The notes under the pieces: generated by a model
The model's input: the letters and a program-made list of their open reading frames with translations, nothing else
The model's database searches: none
What the model was told of the DNA's origin: nothing
IMG/VR virus record: IMGVR_UViG_3300025318_000032
Location: 1 to 31,781 of that record
Origin: a virus
Lineage: Duplodnaviria > Caudoviricetes
Length of the DNA: 31,781 bases
Direction: 5' to 3' (one strand)
Shown here: one piece after another, positions 24,257 through 31,781 of the stretch
Layout of the letters: every line of letters starts with the position of its first letter
Position numbering within the stretch: position 1 is the stretch's first letter
Translations under genes and position numbers: made by a program

Positions 24257-24297
24257 AAGGGTCGGCATCCCACGAGGATGGCTGGCCCTTTTTTTTT
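24257..24297 (+). terminator. Rho-independent terminator
   Basis: GGGTCGGCATCC / GGATGGCTGGCCC stem then T9. Confidence 0.85.
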
Positions 24298-24309
24298 GGG
24301 AGCGAGGTA

Positions 24310-24450
24310 ATGTGGCTCGTGTCCGGCGTCGATAAGATCACGCTCAAGCGCGTCCGCATCTGCATCGCCGACAACGTAGCCGAGTTGCGTATGATCTTGC
24401 GGCAGGAGCGGAAGAACTACTTCGACATGGCGTTCGAGAGGGCGGCGTGA
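24310..24450 (+). CDS. Small hypothetical protein (46 aa)
   Basis: GAGG RBS; GTGA overlap; hand-translated. Confidence 0.45.
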   Translation: MWLVSGVDKITLKRVRICIADNVAELRMILRQERKNYFDMAFERAA

Positions 24451-24755
24451 GGGAAGTCACCCTCCATATCGACGGCGCCCACCATCCCATCGATGTCCAC
24501 TGTGACGCCTACGTCCGGCCATGCAGTTCCTTCCTCCTGCTGGCCAACATCCCCGCCGATCCGCCGGGATGCCTCCTGCTGTCGTACGGGAATAGCGACA
24601 ACGTGGGGAACCTGCTGATGACGTTGTGGCAGCGGTGCGTCCACGAGGATCCGAAGATGGCGTGGACGATCGAGCAGGTATCCCGGGGGATCGTGGAGAT
24701 GGCGGATGCGGAGCGGGGGAAGTGGCCGTCGGATGAAAGGGCGGGGAGGGCGTGA
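24447..24755 (+). CDS. Hypothetical protein
   Basis: Coupled on both sides. Confidence 0.55.
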   Translation: MREVTLHIDGAHHPIDVHCDAYVRPCSSFLLLANIPADPPGCLLLSYGNSDNVGNLLMTLWQRCVHEDPKMAWTIEQVSRGIVEMADAERGKWPSDERAGRA

Positions 24756-25483
24756 TCCAGATCGAGGTCAAGGGGTTGGGGACCGCCCTAAAATCTATCG
24801 GGGTGGATCTGCCTAAACAAACTCGGTATGCGACGATGGTCGCCCTCACCCGCACCGCCTCCAAGGTGAGAGATAGGCAATACTCGGAAATGCACCGGGT
24901 ATTTGATCGTCCCACGCCGTACACGCTGAGGGCAATACGGGTAAAGCCTGCAACGAAGAGCGACTTGTCGGCATGGGTGGGGTTTAAGAAGCCTTGGGCA
25001 GCGAGGGCCGAGGAGTATATGCCCTCTCAAGTCGAGGGCGGGGGGCGACCGCTTAAGGCGCTTGAATTGTTCCTGCAACAGCGTGTCACCACCATGAGCC
25101 CGCAAGGCAAGCGCGGGGCGTATCCGAAGGGAACGTACTTCGTCCCTGGGCGTGGAGCACGCCTAGACGCCTACGGCAACATGTCCCGAGGACAAGTTCA
25201 ACAGATCCTATCCGCGTTACAGGCGCACACTGACCGGCTCCAGAACGAAACGGTCAGGTCGAGGAAGCGGGCGAAAAGGACTGTACGATACTGGGCTACG
25301 CAAAGAGGGATATGGGAGATCAAAGGCCAAAGCATGTTGATGGCGTTGGTGGCGGTTAAAAGGAAGCCGCTCTACAGCAAGCGATACCCCTTCTACGAAA
25401 TCTCCCGGAGGTTTGTCGGTGAGATATGGCCCGGCGAGTTCGACCGCGCGTTCGCCAAGGCGCTGGCGACGGCAAGATCCTAG
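24752..25483 (+). CDS. Phage morphogenesis (neck/tail-completion-like) protein
   Basis: ALTRTA..VFDRPTPYTL..GGGRPLKALE..LDAYGNMSRG; typical gene before cos/terminase. Confidence 0.7.
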   Translation: MIQIEVKGLGTALKSIGVDLPKQTRYATMVALTRTASKVRDRQYSEMHRVFDRPTPYTLRAIRVKPATKSDLSAWVGFKKPWAARAEEYMPSQVEGGGRPLKALELFLQQRVTTMSPQGKRGAYPKGTYFVPGRGARLDAYGNMSRGQVQQILSALQAHTDRLQNETVRSRKRAKRTVRYWATQRGIWEIKGQSMLMALVAVKRKPLYSKRYPFYEISRRFVGEIWPGEFDRAFAKALATARS

Positions 25484-25525
25484 GTTCTTCCGGCGGCATT
25501 CCATCGAGGGTATATTCGAATCCCT
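25481..25525 (+). other. Candidate cos-like packaging site
   Basis: GGTTCTTCC...CGAGGGTATATTCGAATCCC resembles the lambdoid pre-terminase signature by position and sequence. Confidence 0.35.
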
Positions 25526-25588
25526 TTTGATATCTTGCTTCCGATTTTCCCAATTCCCATTTCGCTTCACATAGTTACGGAGGCCCCC

Positions 25589-26053
25589 TTGCCGGATCTT
25601 GTTTGGCACACCGAACAACGCAGGGTTTCGGAGTTGACGCCGTGGGAGAAGAACCCCCGCCGGATGACGAAGAAGCAAGCGGAAGGTTTGAAGAAATCTC
25701 TGTCCAAGTTCAACTTGATGTCGATCCCCGTTGTGGACCTGGACGGCCGCATCGTTTCCGGCCATCAGCGGGTAAACATCCTCAAACTGTTGGGCCGCGG
25801 GAACGAAACCATCGATATCCGGGTGCCGAATCGCAAACTATCCGAGGCGGAGTACCGGGAGGCGAACCTTCGGGAGAATAAGAACCTCGGCGAGTGGGAC
25901 GAGGACCTGCTTGCCGCGATCGACGAGGAGTTGATGCAGGAAGTCGGCTTCAACGGGCTGGAGATAAACAACATCTTTGGGCTTGCACCGCCGCCGGAAC
26001 GCGACAACGGGAAGGGAATAGCGACTTGCCCGGCGTGTGGGGCTGAACTATGA
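25589..26053 (+). CDS. ParB/Srx N-terminal domain protein
   Basis: LTPWEKNPRRM..PVVDLDGRIVSGHQR..NKNLGEWD; GGAGG RBS before TTG. Confidence 0.8.
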   Translation: MPDLVWHTEQRRVSELTPWEKNPRRMTKKQAEGLKKSLSKFNLMSIPVVDLDGRIVSGHQRVNILKLLGRGNETIDIRVPNRKLSEAEYREANLRENKNLGEWDEDLLAAIDEELMQEVGFNGLEINNIFGLAPPPERDNGKGIATCPACGAEL

Positions 26054-26529
26054 GTGATCCCCCGGTTGCCGAAGTCGATATCAACAGGCTGGCGAAGATT
26101 CTCAACGTCACGCCGAGGCGCATCCAGCAGCTCGTTCAGGAGGGAATGCCCAGGGCGGGCAAGGGGCGGTATCCGCTCGTAGCCTGCATCCACTGGTTCA
26201 TTAAATTCTGGCAGGACCGGGCGGAAGGCCGGATCGCGGGGTGGGGGATCAACCAGAAGAAGGGCGGGGTGATCGCCGCGAAGGAACGGCTTACGAGAAC
26301 ACAGGCCGATATCGCGCAGATAGATTACGAGGAGCGTATCGGATCCATCCACAAAACCGAGGAGTGCCGCAGGTCGGCGTTTACCCTTGGCCGGGAGTTG
26401 CGGGACATGATCCTGATCGTCCCCGACCGAGTGGACGCGATCCTCGCCGCTGAGAACGACCGCGCGCGGGTCAACTCCACGTTGCGGCAGGAGCTCTCCC
26501 AGGTGCTCCATGAGTTCGCGGCAAATTGA
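26050..26529 (+). CDS. Terminase small subunit (Nu1-like)
   Basis: wHTH LAKILNVTPRRIQQL..GRY; KERLTRTQAD. Confidence 0.85.
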   Translation: MSDPPVAEVDINRLAKILNVTPRRIQQLVQEGMPRAGKGRYPLVACIHWFIKFWQDRAEGRIAGWGINQKKGGVIAAKERLTRTQADIAQIDYEERIGSIHKTEECRRSAFTLGRELRDMILIVPDRVDAILAAENDRARVNSTLRQELSQVLHEFAAN

Positions 26530-28402
26530 CGGTGCGGTCGCCTACGGAGGTTCGTTCCGGGAGGGCCTGAAGCCCGATCCCCTCCTGACCGTCTCGGAGT
26601 GGGCGGACAGGGAGCGAATCCTCCCGCCGGTGTCATCCGCCGAGCCGGGGCAGTGGCGCACCTCCCGCACGCCGTATTTACGGGAGATCATGGATTGCCT
26701 TTCTCCGTCTTCTCCGGTCCAGCGCGTGACCTTCATGAAGGGATCGCAGATCGGGGCGACGGAAAGCGGGAATAACTGGATCGGGTACGTCATCGCGATG
26801 GCGCCGGGGCCGATGCTGGCCGTCCAGCCGAACCTGGACATGGCGAAGCGGTTCTCGAAGCAGCGCGTTCAACCCACGATCCGGAATACCCCCGCGCTGC
26901 AAGGGAAGGTGAAAGACGCCCGGGTGCGGGATTCCGGGAACACAATTCTCGTCAAGCAGTTCCCCGGCGGGATCCTGGTCATCACCGGGGCGGAATCGGC
27001 AACAAGTTTGCGGTCTATGCCGGCGCGTTACCTGTTCATGGACGAGATCGACCCATACCCCGACGATTGCGGCGGGGAAGGCGACCCGTGCGGGCTGGCC
27101 GAGGCGCGTACGGCAACGTTCTCTTCCCGGAAGAAGATTTTCGAGACATCGACTCCAACGGAGGCGGGGCGGTCCCGGATCGAGAGGCGGTACGAATTAT
27201 CCGACAAGCGTCGGTATTTCGTCCCCTGCCCGTTCTGCAAGGGTGAGCAGTGGCTCAAGTGGGGGCAGATCGTATTCGAGAAGGACGAGAAGTACCGGCT
27301 CACAAGTCCGGTCCGTTATAAGTGCGAGCATTGCGGCGAACCGATCGATGAGCGGTACAAGACCTGGATGCTCGAATCCGGGCGGTGGATCGCCGAGGCG
27401 CCTGGGCGCGGGAAGCCCGCGGGGTTTTTCCTCTCTTCCCTCTATTCGCCGCTCGGCTGGCTCTCATGGGACGCCATCGCGCAGGAGTTCCTGGACGCCA
27501 GGAAGACCCGGGACGTCTCCGCGCTGAAAGTATGGACGAATACGAAGCTCGCCGAAGTATGGGAAGAGGAAGGACTCGTCATCGACGACGGGACGCTCCT
27601 TTCCCGGCGCGAGAAGTACCCGGCCTCTATTCCGGCGGGCGGGCTCGTCCTCACGATCGGCGTCGACATTCAGGCAGACCGCATCGAGGCATCCGTCGAC
27701 GCATGGGGCAAGCACGAGGAAAGCTGGCTGATCGAATACGCCATATTCCGCGGGAGTCCGGAAACAGACCTGAAGGTGTGGGAGGACCTGAGAATCCTCC
27801 TGGATCGCTCGTGGGATCAGGAGTTGGGCCTGTCCCTGCGGATCGCGGCGGGCTGCGTCGATTCGGGTCACGCGACCAGTCAGGTCTACAAGTTCGTCCG
27901 CAGTCTCGAGCATCGTCGCGTTTACGCGGTCAAGGGGCAGGGGGGCAAAGGACTCCCGGTCATCCGGATCTCCGAGAAGCGCAACAAGGCCGGGATCAAA
28001 CTGGGGCTGGTCGGCGTGGATACCTGCAAGTCGTTGATCTATTCCAGGGTAATGCTTCCCGACTTCGGCCCGGGATACATGCATTTCCCCATGTCGGTCG
28101 GTGAGGACTACTTCTCCGGGTTGACTGCGGAGAAGCGAGTCATCCGGAAGGTGCGCGGGAAGGAAATCGAGGAGTGGGTAAAGGTCCGCGCGCGGAATGA
28201 ACCACTGGATTGTTTCGTGTATTCGCACGCTGCGCTGGACCTACTGAAGATCCGGGATTGGGACCGGCTGGCGTCGAACATCGAGCGGCAGGTGGAAAAA
28301 GAAAAACCAGGGAAAGAAGAAGAGGGACCGAAGACGCAAGGCACAGAGATGCCGGTTCCTATGCGTGTGCCCCGAAAGGGTTGGTCCGCAACCAAGTGGT
28401 AA
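26510..28402 (+). CDS. Terminase large subunit, GpA family
   Basis: TVSEWAD, RTPYLREIM, KGSQIGATE, MDEID, STPT, GVDIQ, DSG, RNEPLDC. Confidence 0.97.
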   Translation: MSSRQIDGAVAYGGSFREGLKPDPLLTVSEWADRERILPPVSSAEPGQWRTSRTPYLREIMDCLSPSSPVQRVTFMKGSQIGATESGNNWIGYVIAMAPGPMLAVQPNLDMAKRFSKQRVQPTIRNTPALQGKVKDARVRDSGNTILVKQFPGGILVITGAESATSLRSMPARYLFMDEIDPYPDDCGGEGDPCGLAEARTATFSSRKKIFETSTPTEAGRSRIERRYELSDKRRYFVPCPFCKGEQWLKWGQIVFEKDEKYRLTSPVRYKCEHCGEPIDERYKTWMLESGRWIAEAPGRGKPAGFFLSSLYSPLGWLSWDAIAQEFLDARKTRDVSALKVWTNTKLAEVWEEEGLVIDDGTLLSRREKYPASIPAGGLVLTIGVDIQADRIEASVDAWGKHEESWLIEYAIFRGSPETDLKVWEDLRILLDRSWDQELGLSLRIAAGCVDSGHATSQVYKFVRSLEHRRVYAVKGQGGKGLPVIRISEKRNKAGIKLGLVGVDTCKSLIYSRVMLPDFGPGYMHFPMSVGEDYFSGLTAEKRVIRKVRGKEIEEWVKVRARNEPLDCFVYSHAALDLLKIRDWDRLASNIERQVEKEKPGKEEEGPKTQGTEMPVPMRVPRKGWSATKW

Positions 28403-28411
28403 GGAGCGCCG

Positions 28412-28945
28412 ATGAATATTCCGAGCACGATCACCGCGGGAGATACCATCGCCTGGACAGACTCCCTCGCCGATTATCCAGCGACGACGTGGACGCTGAA
28501 GTATTCGCTTTGGAAGTATGGCCAGGCCGTCATCGGCATCACGGCATCGGCTTCAGGATCCGATCATGCCGTATCGGTCGCCCCCGCCGTGTCGACCGCC
28601 TATGCCGCCGGGGACTGGCAGTGGACCGCCTACGTCGAGAAGGGATCCGGCGGGACGCTGGAGCGGTACACGGTCGCGACGGGGAGGGTGACGATCAAGC
28701 CGAATGTCGCGGCGGCATCTTCCTCGGCGGACTTTCGGTCGCACGCGGAGAAGATGCTCACCGGCATCGAGGCCACCTTGCAGGGTCGCGCCACCCGCGC
28801 CGAGATGTCCCTCACCATCAACGGGAAGGCGATCCAGTATCTGAAGCCGGATGAACTGGAGCGGTGGCGGTCTATCTACCGGCGGGTCGTTAGTAAGGAG
28901 AAAGGCGAGAGTTCCATCGTCGGAATCCAATTCGGGAGCGCGTGA
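28412..28945 (+). CDS. Head-tail joining (gpW-like C-terminus) protein
   Basis: Between terminase and portal; SHAEKMLTGIEATL..SLTINGKAIQY. Confidence 0.7.
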   Translation: MNIPSTITAGDTIAWTDSLADYPATTWTLKYSLWKYGQAVIGITASASGSDHAVSVAPAVSTAYAAGDWQWTAYVEKGSGGTLERYTVATGRVTIKPNVAAASSSADFRSHAEKMLTGIEATLQGRATRAEMSLTINGKAIQYLKPDELERWRSIYRRVVSKEKGESSIVGIQFGSA

Positions 28946-30513
28946 TGGGATTTCTTGAACGCCTGCGATTCGTTCTCCAGGGTTCTCCGGGACCGCCCCG
29001 CCGTCGTGCCTATGCAGCGGCGAAGATGGGACGCCTTACCGCGGACTGGATCACCGGGGCTACATCCATCGATCAGGACATACGATCCGGACTCGTCAAG
29101 GTTCGTTCCCGGGCCAGGGATCTTTCGCAGAACAACGAATACGTCAGGGCCTATCTCCGTGCGGTTCGAAAGAACGTCGTCGGCAGCGAGGGATTCAAGC
29201 TCCAGGTGAAGGCGACGAACTATATTGACGGGAAGCCCACGCCCGACCGACTCGCAAATTCGATCCTGGAGAACGCCTTTTACGATTGGGGTCAGCCCCG
29301 TACCGCCACGGTCACGGGCCAGCTCTCTTTCCGGAAGGCGCAGGAGGTCATCGTCGAGACGGTGGCGCGGGACGGGGAAGCGTTCGTTCGGCTTGTCCGG
29401 GGGCAGAACGTCAACAAATACGCCTTCTCTCTTCAGCTTGTTGAGCCGGACTGGATCGACGAGAAATACAGCACGGAACTCCCGAATGGGAACGTCGTCC
29501 GGATGGGTGTCGAGACCGACGCGTGGCGGCGACCCGTGGCGTACCACGTAAGCCAGCGACCAAAGGGAGTCGATGTTTACGGGTACATCGTTCCCTCAGG
29601 CCCCCGAACGATCGTTCCGGCCTCAGACATGATCCACGTCTTCGACCCTGAGCGCGCGGACCAGACCCGCGGCGTATCGTGGATGGCTCCCGCGATGCTG
29701 TCGCTTCACGACCTGAAGGGGTACGTGGAGGGCGCGATCATCAACGCCCGGGCAGGTGCGAACAAGCTCGGATTCTTCCGTAACTCTTCCGGGGACGGAG
29801 ACAGCTACGAGGGCGACGCGGTCGATGCATCGGGTAACAAGACCATCACGTGCGAGCCGGGGACCTTCGAGGACATCGGAGACAAGGAGTTTCAGGGTTT
29901 CGATCCTAAATACCCGGAGGCGCAGTTTGATCCATTCGTGAAATCGATCCTGCGCGGGATCTCGTCCGGCCTTGGCGTTTCCTTTTCGTCGCTCTCCAAC
30001 GATCTGACGGAGGTCAATTTCTCCTCGATCCGCGCTGGACTCCTGGAGGAACGGGAAACATGGAAAAGCCTTCAGTCGTGGTTCATAGAGATGTTCATGA
30101 ACCGCGTCTATTCCGAGTGGCTTTACATGTCCCTCTTGACCGGAGCGGTGAACCTTCCGAAGGCGAAATACGACAAGTTCAACTCTCCGGTGTGGGTCGG
30201 CAGGCGGTGGGGATGGGTGAAACCGCTAGAGGAAGTGAAGGCGTACCAGGAGGCGGTGAAGTCCGGGTTCAAGAGTGCCACTCAGGTGGTGGCGGAGAAC
30301 GGCGGGGACATCGAGGAACTGTACCAGGAACTCAAGGCGGAGAAGGAGCTCGCGGCGGAGTACGGGCTTGAACTCGAATACGGAGGAAAGAGCGATGGAA
30401 ATCAAGGAACTGATGGGGATCTTGAAGAAGGACCCTCCGAAGAGGACGTTCAGCCTCGACCGGGCGACGGTAAAGGCAACGGAAAGGACGGTCGATCTCG
30501 CCTTCTCGTCTGA
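28942..30513 (+). CDS. Portal protein, lambda family
   Basis: RSRARDL, RDGEAF, QTRGVSW, DLTEVNFSSIRAG, WVKPLEE. Confidence 0.95.
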   Translation: MMGFLERLRFVLQGSPGPPRRRAYAAAKMGRLTADWITGATSIDQDIRSGLVKVRSRARDLSQNNEYVRAYLRAVRKNVVGSEGFKLQVKATNYIDGKPTPDRLANSILENAFYDWGQPRTATVTGQLSFRKAQEVIVETVARDGEAFVRLVRGQNVNKYAFSLQLVEPDWIDEKYSTELPNGNVVRMGVETDAWRRPVAYHVSQRPKGVDVYGYIVPSGPRTIVPASDMIHVFDPERADQTRGVSWMAPAMLSLHDLKGYVEGAIINARAGANKLGFFRNSSGDGDSYEGDAVDASGNKTITCEPGTFEDIGDKEFQGFDPKYPEAQFDPFVKSILRGISSGLGVSFSSLSNDLTEVNFSSIRAGLLEERETWKSLQSWFIEMFMNRVYSEWLYMSLLTGAVNLPKAKYDKFNSPVWVGRRWGWVKPLEEVKAYQEAVKSGFKSATQVVAENGGDIEELYQELKAEKELAAEYGLELEYGGKSDGNQGTDGDLEEGPSEEDVQPRPGDGKGNGKDGRSRLLV

Positions 30514-31781
30514 GCTTCCGTACGTTCGCTGGTGGGGGATCGAGATTCTCGATCACTCCAGGAAGGCGATGCGGATGGACCGGGCGAAGATGGGCATCCC
30601 GCTCCTGTTCAACCATAACCGCGACGAGCACCTGGGCATCATGGAGGAATGCCGTTGCGACGACGACAAGATGGGCCGAGGCACGGCCAGATTCTCCCGC
30701 TCCCCCGCCGCCACGGAGAGGTTCCAGGACGTGGAGGACGGAATCCTCAAGGACGTGTCCGTGGGCTACGAGATCCACTTCATGAAGGAAGTTGCCCCGA
30801 AAGAAATGACTCCTGAACTGATGGAGATGGCGGCTCTGGAAAAGCTGCCGGTCTATCGGATCACGGATTGGGAGCCTTATGAATGCTCATTTGTCACGGT
30901 CCCTGCGGACCCGACGGTCGGCGTCGGGCGAACCGCCGGGGGTGTGAAGGGGCAGGAGGAAGGCGAGAGGAAAGTTCCACTGGAAATCAGCGCAGCAATC
31001 ATCGAAACGGAGGAAAGGAAAATGCCCGAGACCAGGACGATCGAGGAAGTCGAGAAGGAAATGAAGGCGGACCGCGACAAGGCGGCCGACGATGCAACCC
31101 AGAAGGAACGGGCGCGTATGAAGGAGATCCGCGAGTTGGCCAACCGCCACAACCTTCCCGCCCGCATCGTGGACATGGCGGAGGTGCAGGGGACGACCAT
31201 CGAGCAGTTCCGCGGCATCGTCCTCAACCGCATCAACGACGGGACCGGGTCCAAGCCCCTGTATACGCCGTTGGGGGAGATCGGGCTCACGAGCAACGAG
31301 GCGCAGCGGTACAGCATCCTCCGGGCGATCCGGGCCGCGACGACCAAGGACTGGCGGGACGCGGGATTCGAGAAGGAGTGCTCCGACACGGTCGCGAAGC
31401 AGGTGGGGGCGGAGTCGCGGTCCTTCTACCTGCCATACGACATCATGACCGCGCCTCGCAACAAGCGCGACATGAACATCACCACCGACACGGCCGGCGG
31501 GTTCCTCGTCGGCACGCAGCACATGGCCGGGTCGTTCATCGAGCTGCTCCGGTCGAAGCTCGTCGCCGCCGCCGCCGGTGTGCAGATCATGTCCGGCCTC
31601 GTCGGCAACGTTGCCATCCCGAAGGAGACCGCGGACCCGACCGGGTACTGGATCGAGACGGAAGGCAACCCCCCGACGGAGAGCCAGGGGACCGTCGGCC
31701 AGGTGACGCTCTCCCTGAAGAACGTCGCCGCCTGGGTGGACATCACCCGGAACCTGATGAAGCAGTCGGCGCCGGGTGATG
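30395..31781 (+). CDS. Prohead protease-major capsid fusion (HK97 type), truncated by the window end
   Basis: Hand-translated open frame: LLFNH, DVSVGY, WEPYECSFVTVPADPTVGVGR, then GGFLVGTQHMAGSFIELLR; absent from the ORF track because it has no stop. Confidence 0.9.
   Translation, partial: MEIKELMGILKKDPPKRTFSLDRATVKATERTVDLAFSSELPYVRWWGIEILDHSRKAMRMDRAKMGIPLLFNHNRDEHLGIMEECRCDDDKMGRGTARFSRSPAATERFQDVEDGILKDVSVGYEIHFMKEVAPKEMTPELMEMAALEKLPVYRITDWEPYECSFVTVPADPTVGVGRTAGGVKGQEEGERKVPLEISAAIIETEERKMPETRTIEEVEKEMKADRDKAADDATQKERARMKEIRELANRHNLPARIVDMAEVQGTTIEQFRGIVLNRINDGTGSKPLYTPLGEIGLTSNEAQRYSILRAIRAATTKDWRDAGFEKECSDTVAKQVGAESRSFYLPYDIMTAPRNKRDMNITTDTAGGFLVGTQHMAGSFIELLRSKLVAAAAGVQIMSGLVGNVAIPKETADPTGYWIETEGNPPTESQGTVGQVTLSLKNVAAWVDITRNLMKQSAPGD

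Noticed and set aside
25589-26053. Plasmid-prophage partition system
   Set aside because: Only a ParB N-terminal domain with no HTH or ParA; such genes commonly precede the small terminase
30883-31779. 298-aa + strand ORF in the track
   Set aside because: Alternative frame of the protease-capsid gene; Arg/Gly-rich with no motifs
4786-31781. Stop-codon reassignment (TAA recoding) in the phage
   Set aside because: Genes are full length and densely packed under the standard code, and several (for example terminase and initiator) end in TAA at expected positions

Overview
This window is a lambdoid (GpA-terminase, lambda-type portal, HK97-fold capsid) tailed-phage genome segment. In order it holds: the end of a rightward late/lysis operon (1-1024); a 3.7-kb IS1-like cargo transposon (1089-4803) with 17-bp terminal inverted repeats and an 8-bp target duplication; a leftward early operon (4786-13300) with recombination genes, an Acb2/Tad1-like anti-defence protein and a hexapeptide-repeat protein; a structured non-coding leader with tRNA-Leu(UAA); a divergent promoter pair with a Cro-like gene but no cI or integrase; a rightward middle operon (methyltransferases, helicases, initiator, three homing-type endonucleases, VRR-NUC); and the packaging/head genes, which run off the end. 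The most unusual element lies inside the transposon. It is a Leu-type tRNA with a UUA (ochre-reading) anticodon. Upstream is a UUGGCG-loop hairpin like the CopT/Inc antisense targets, and an opposite-strand promoter and terminator bracket both. Together these suggest an undescribed suppressor-tRNA/antisense-RNA module. All family calls come from reading motifs by eye; no searches were run.
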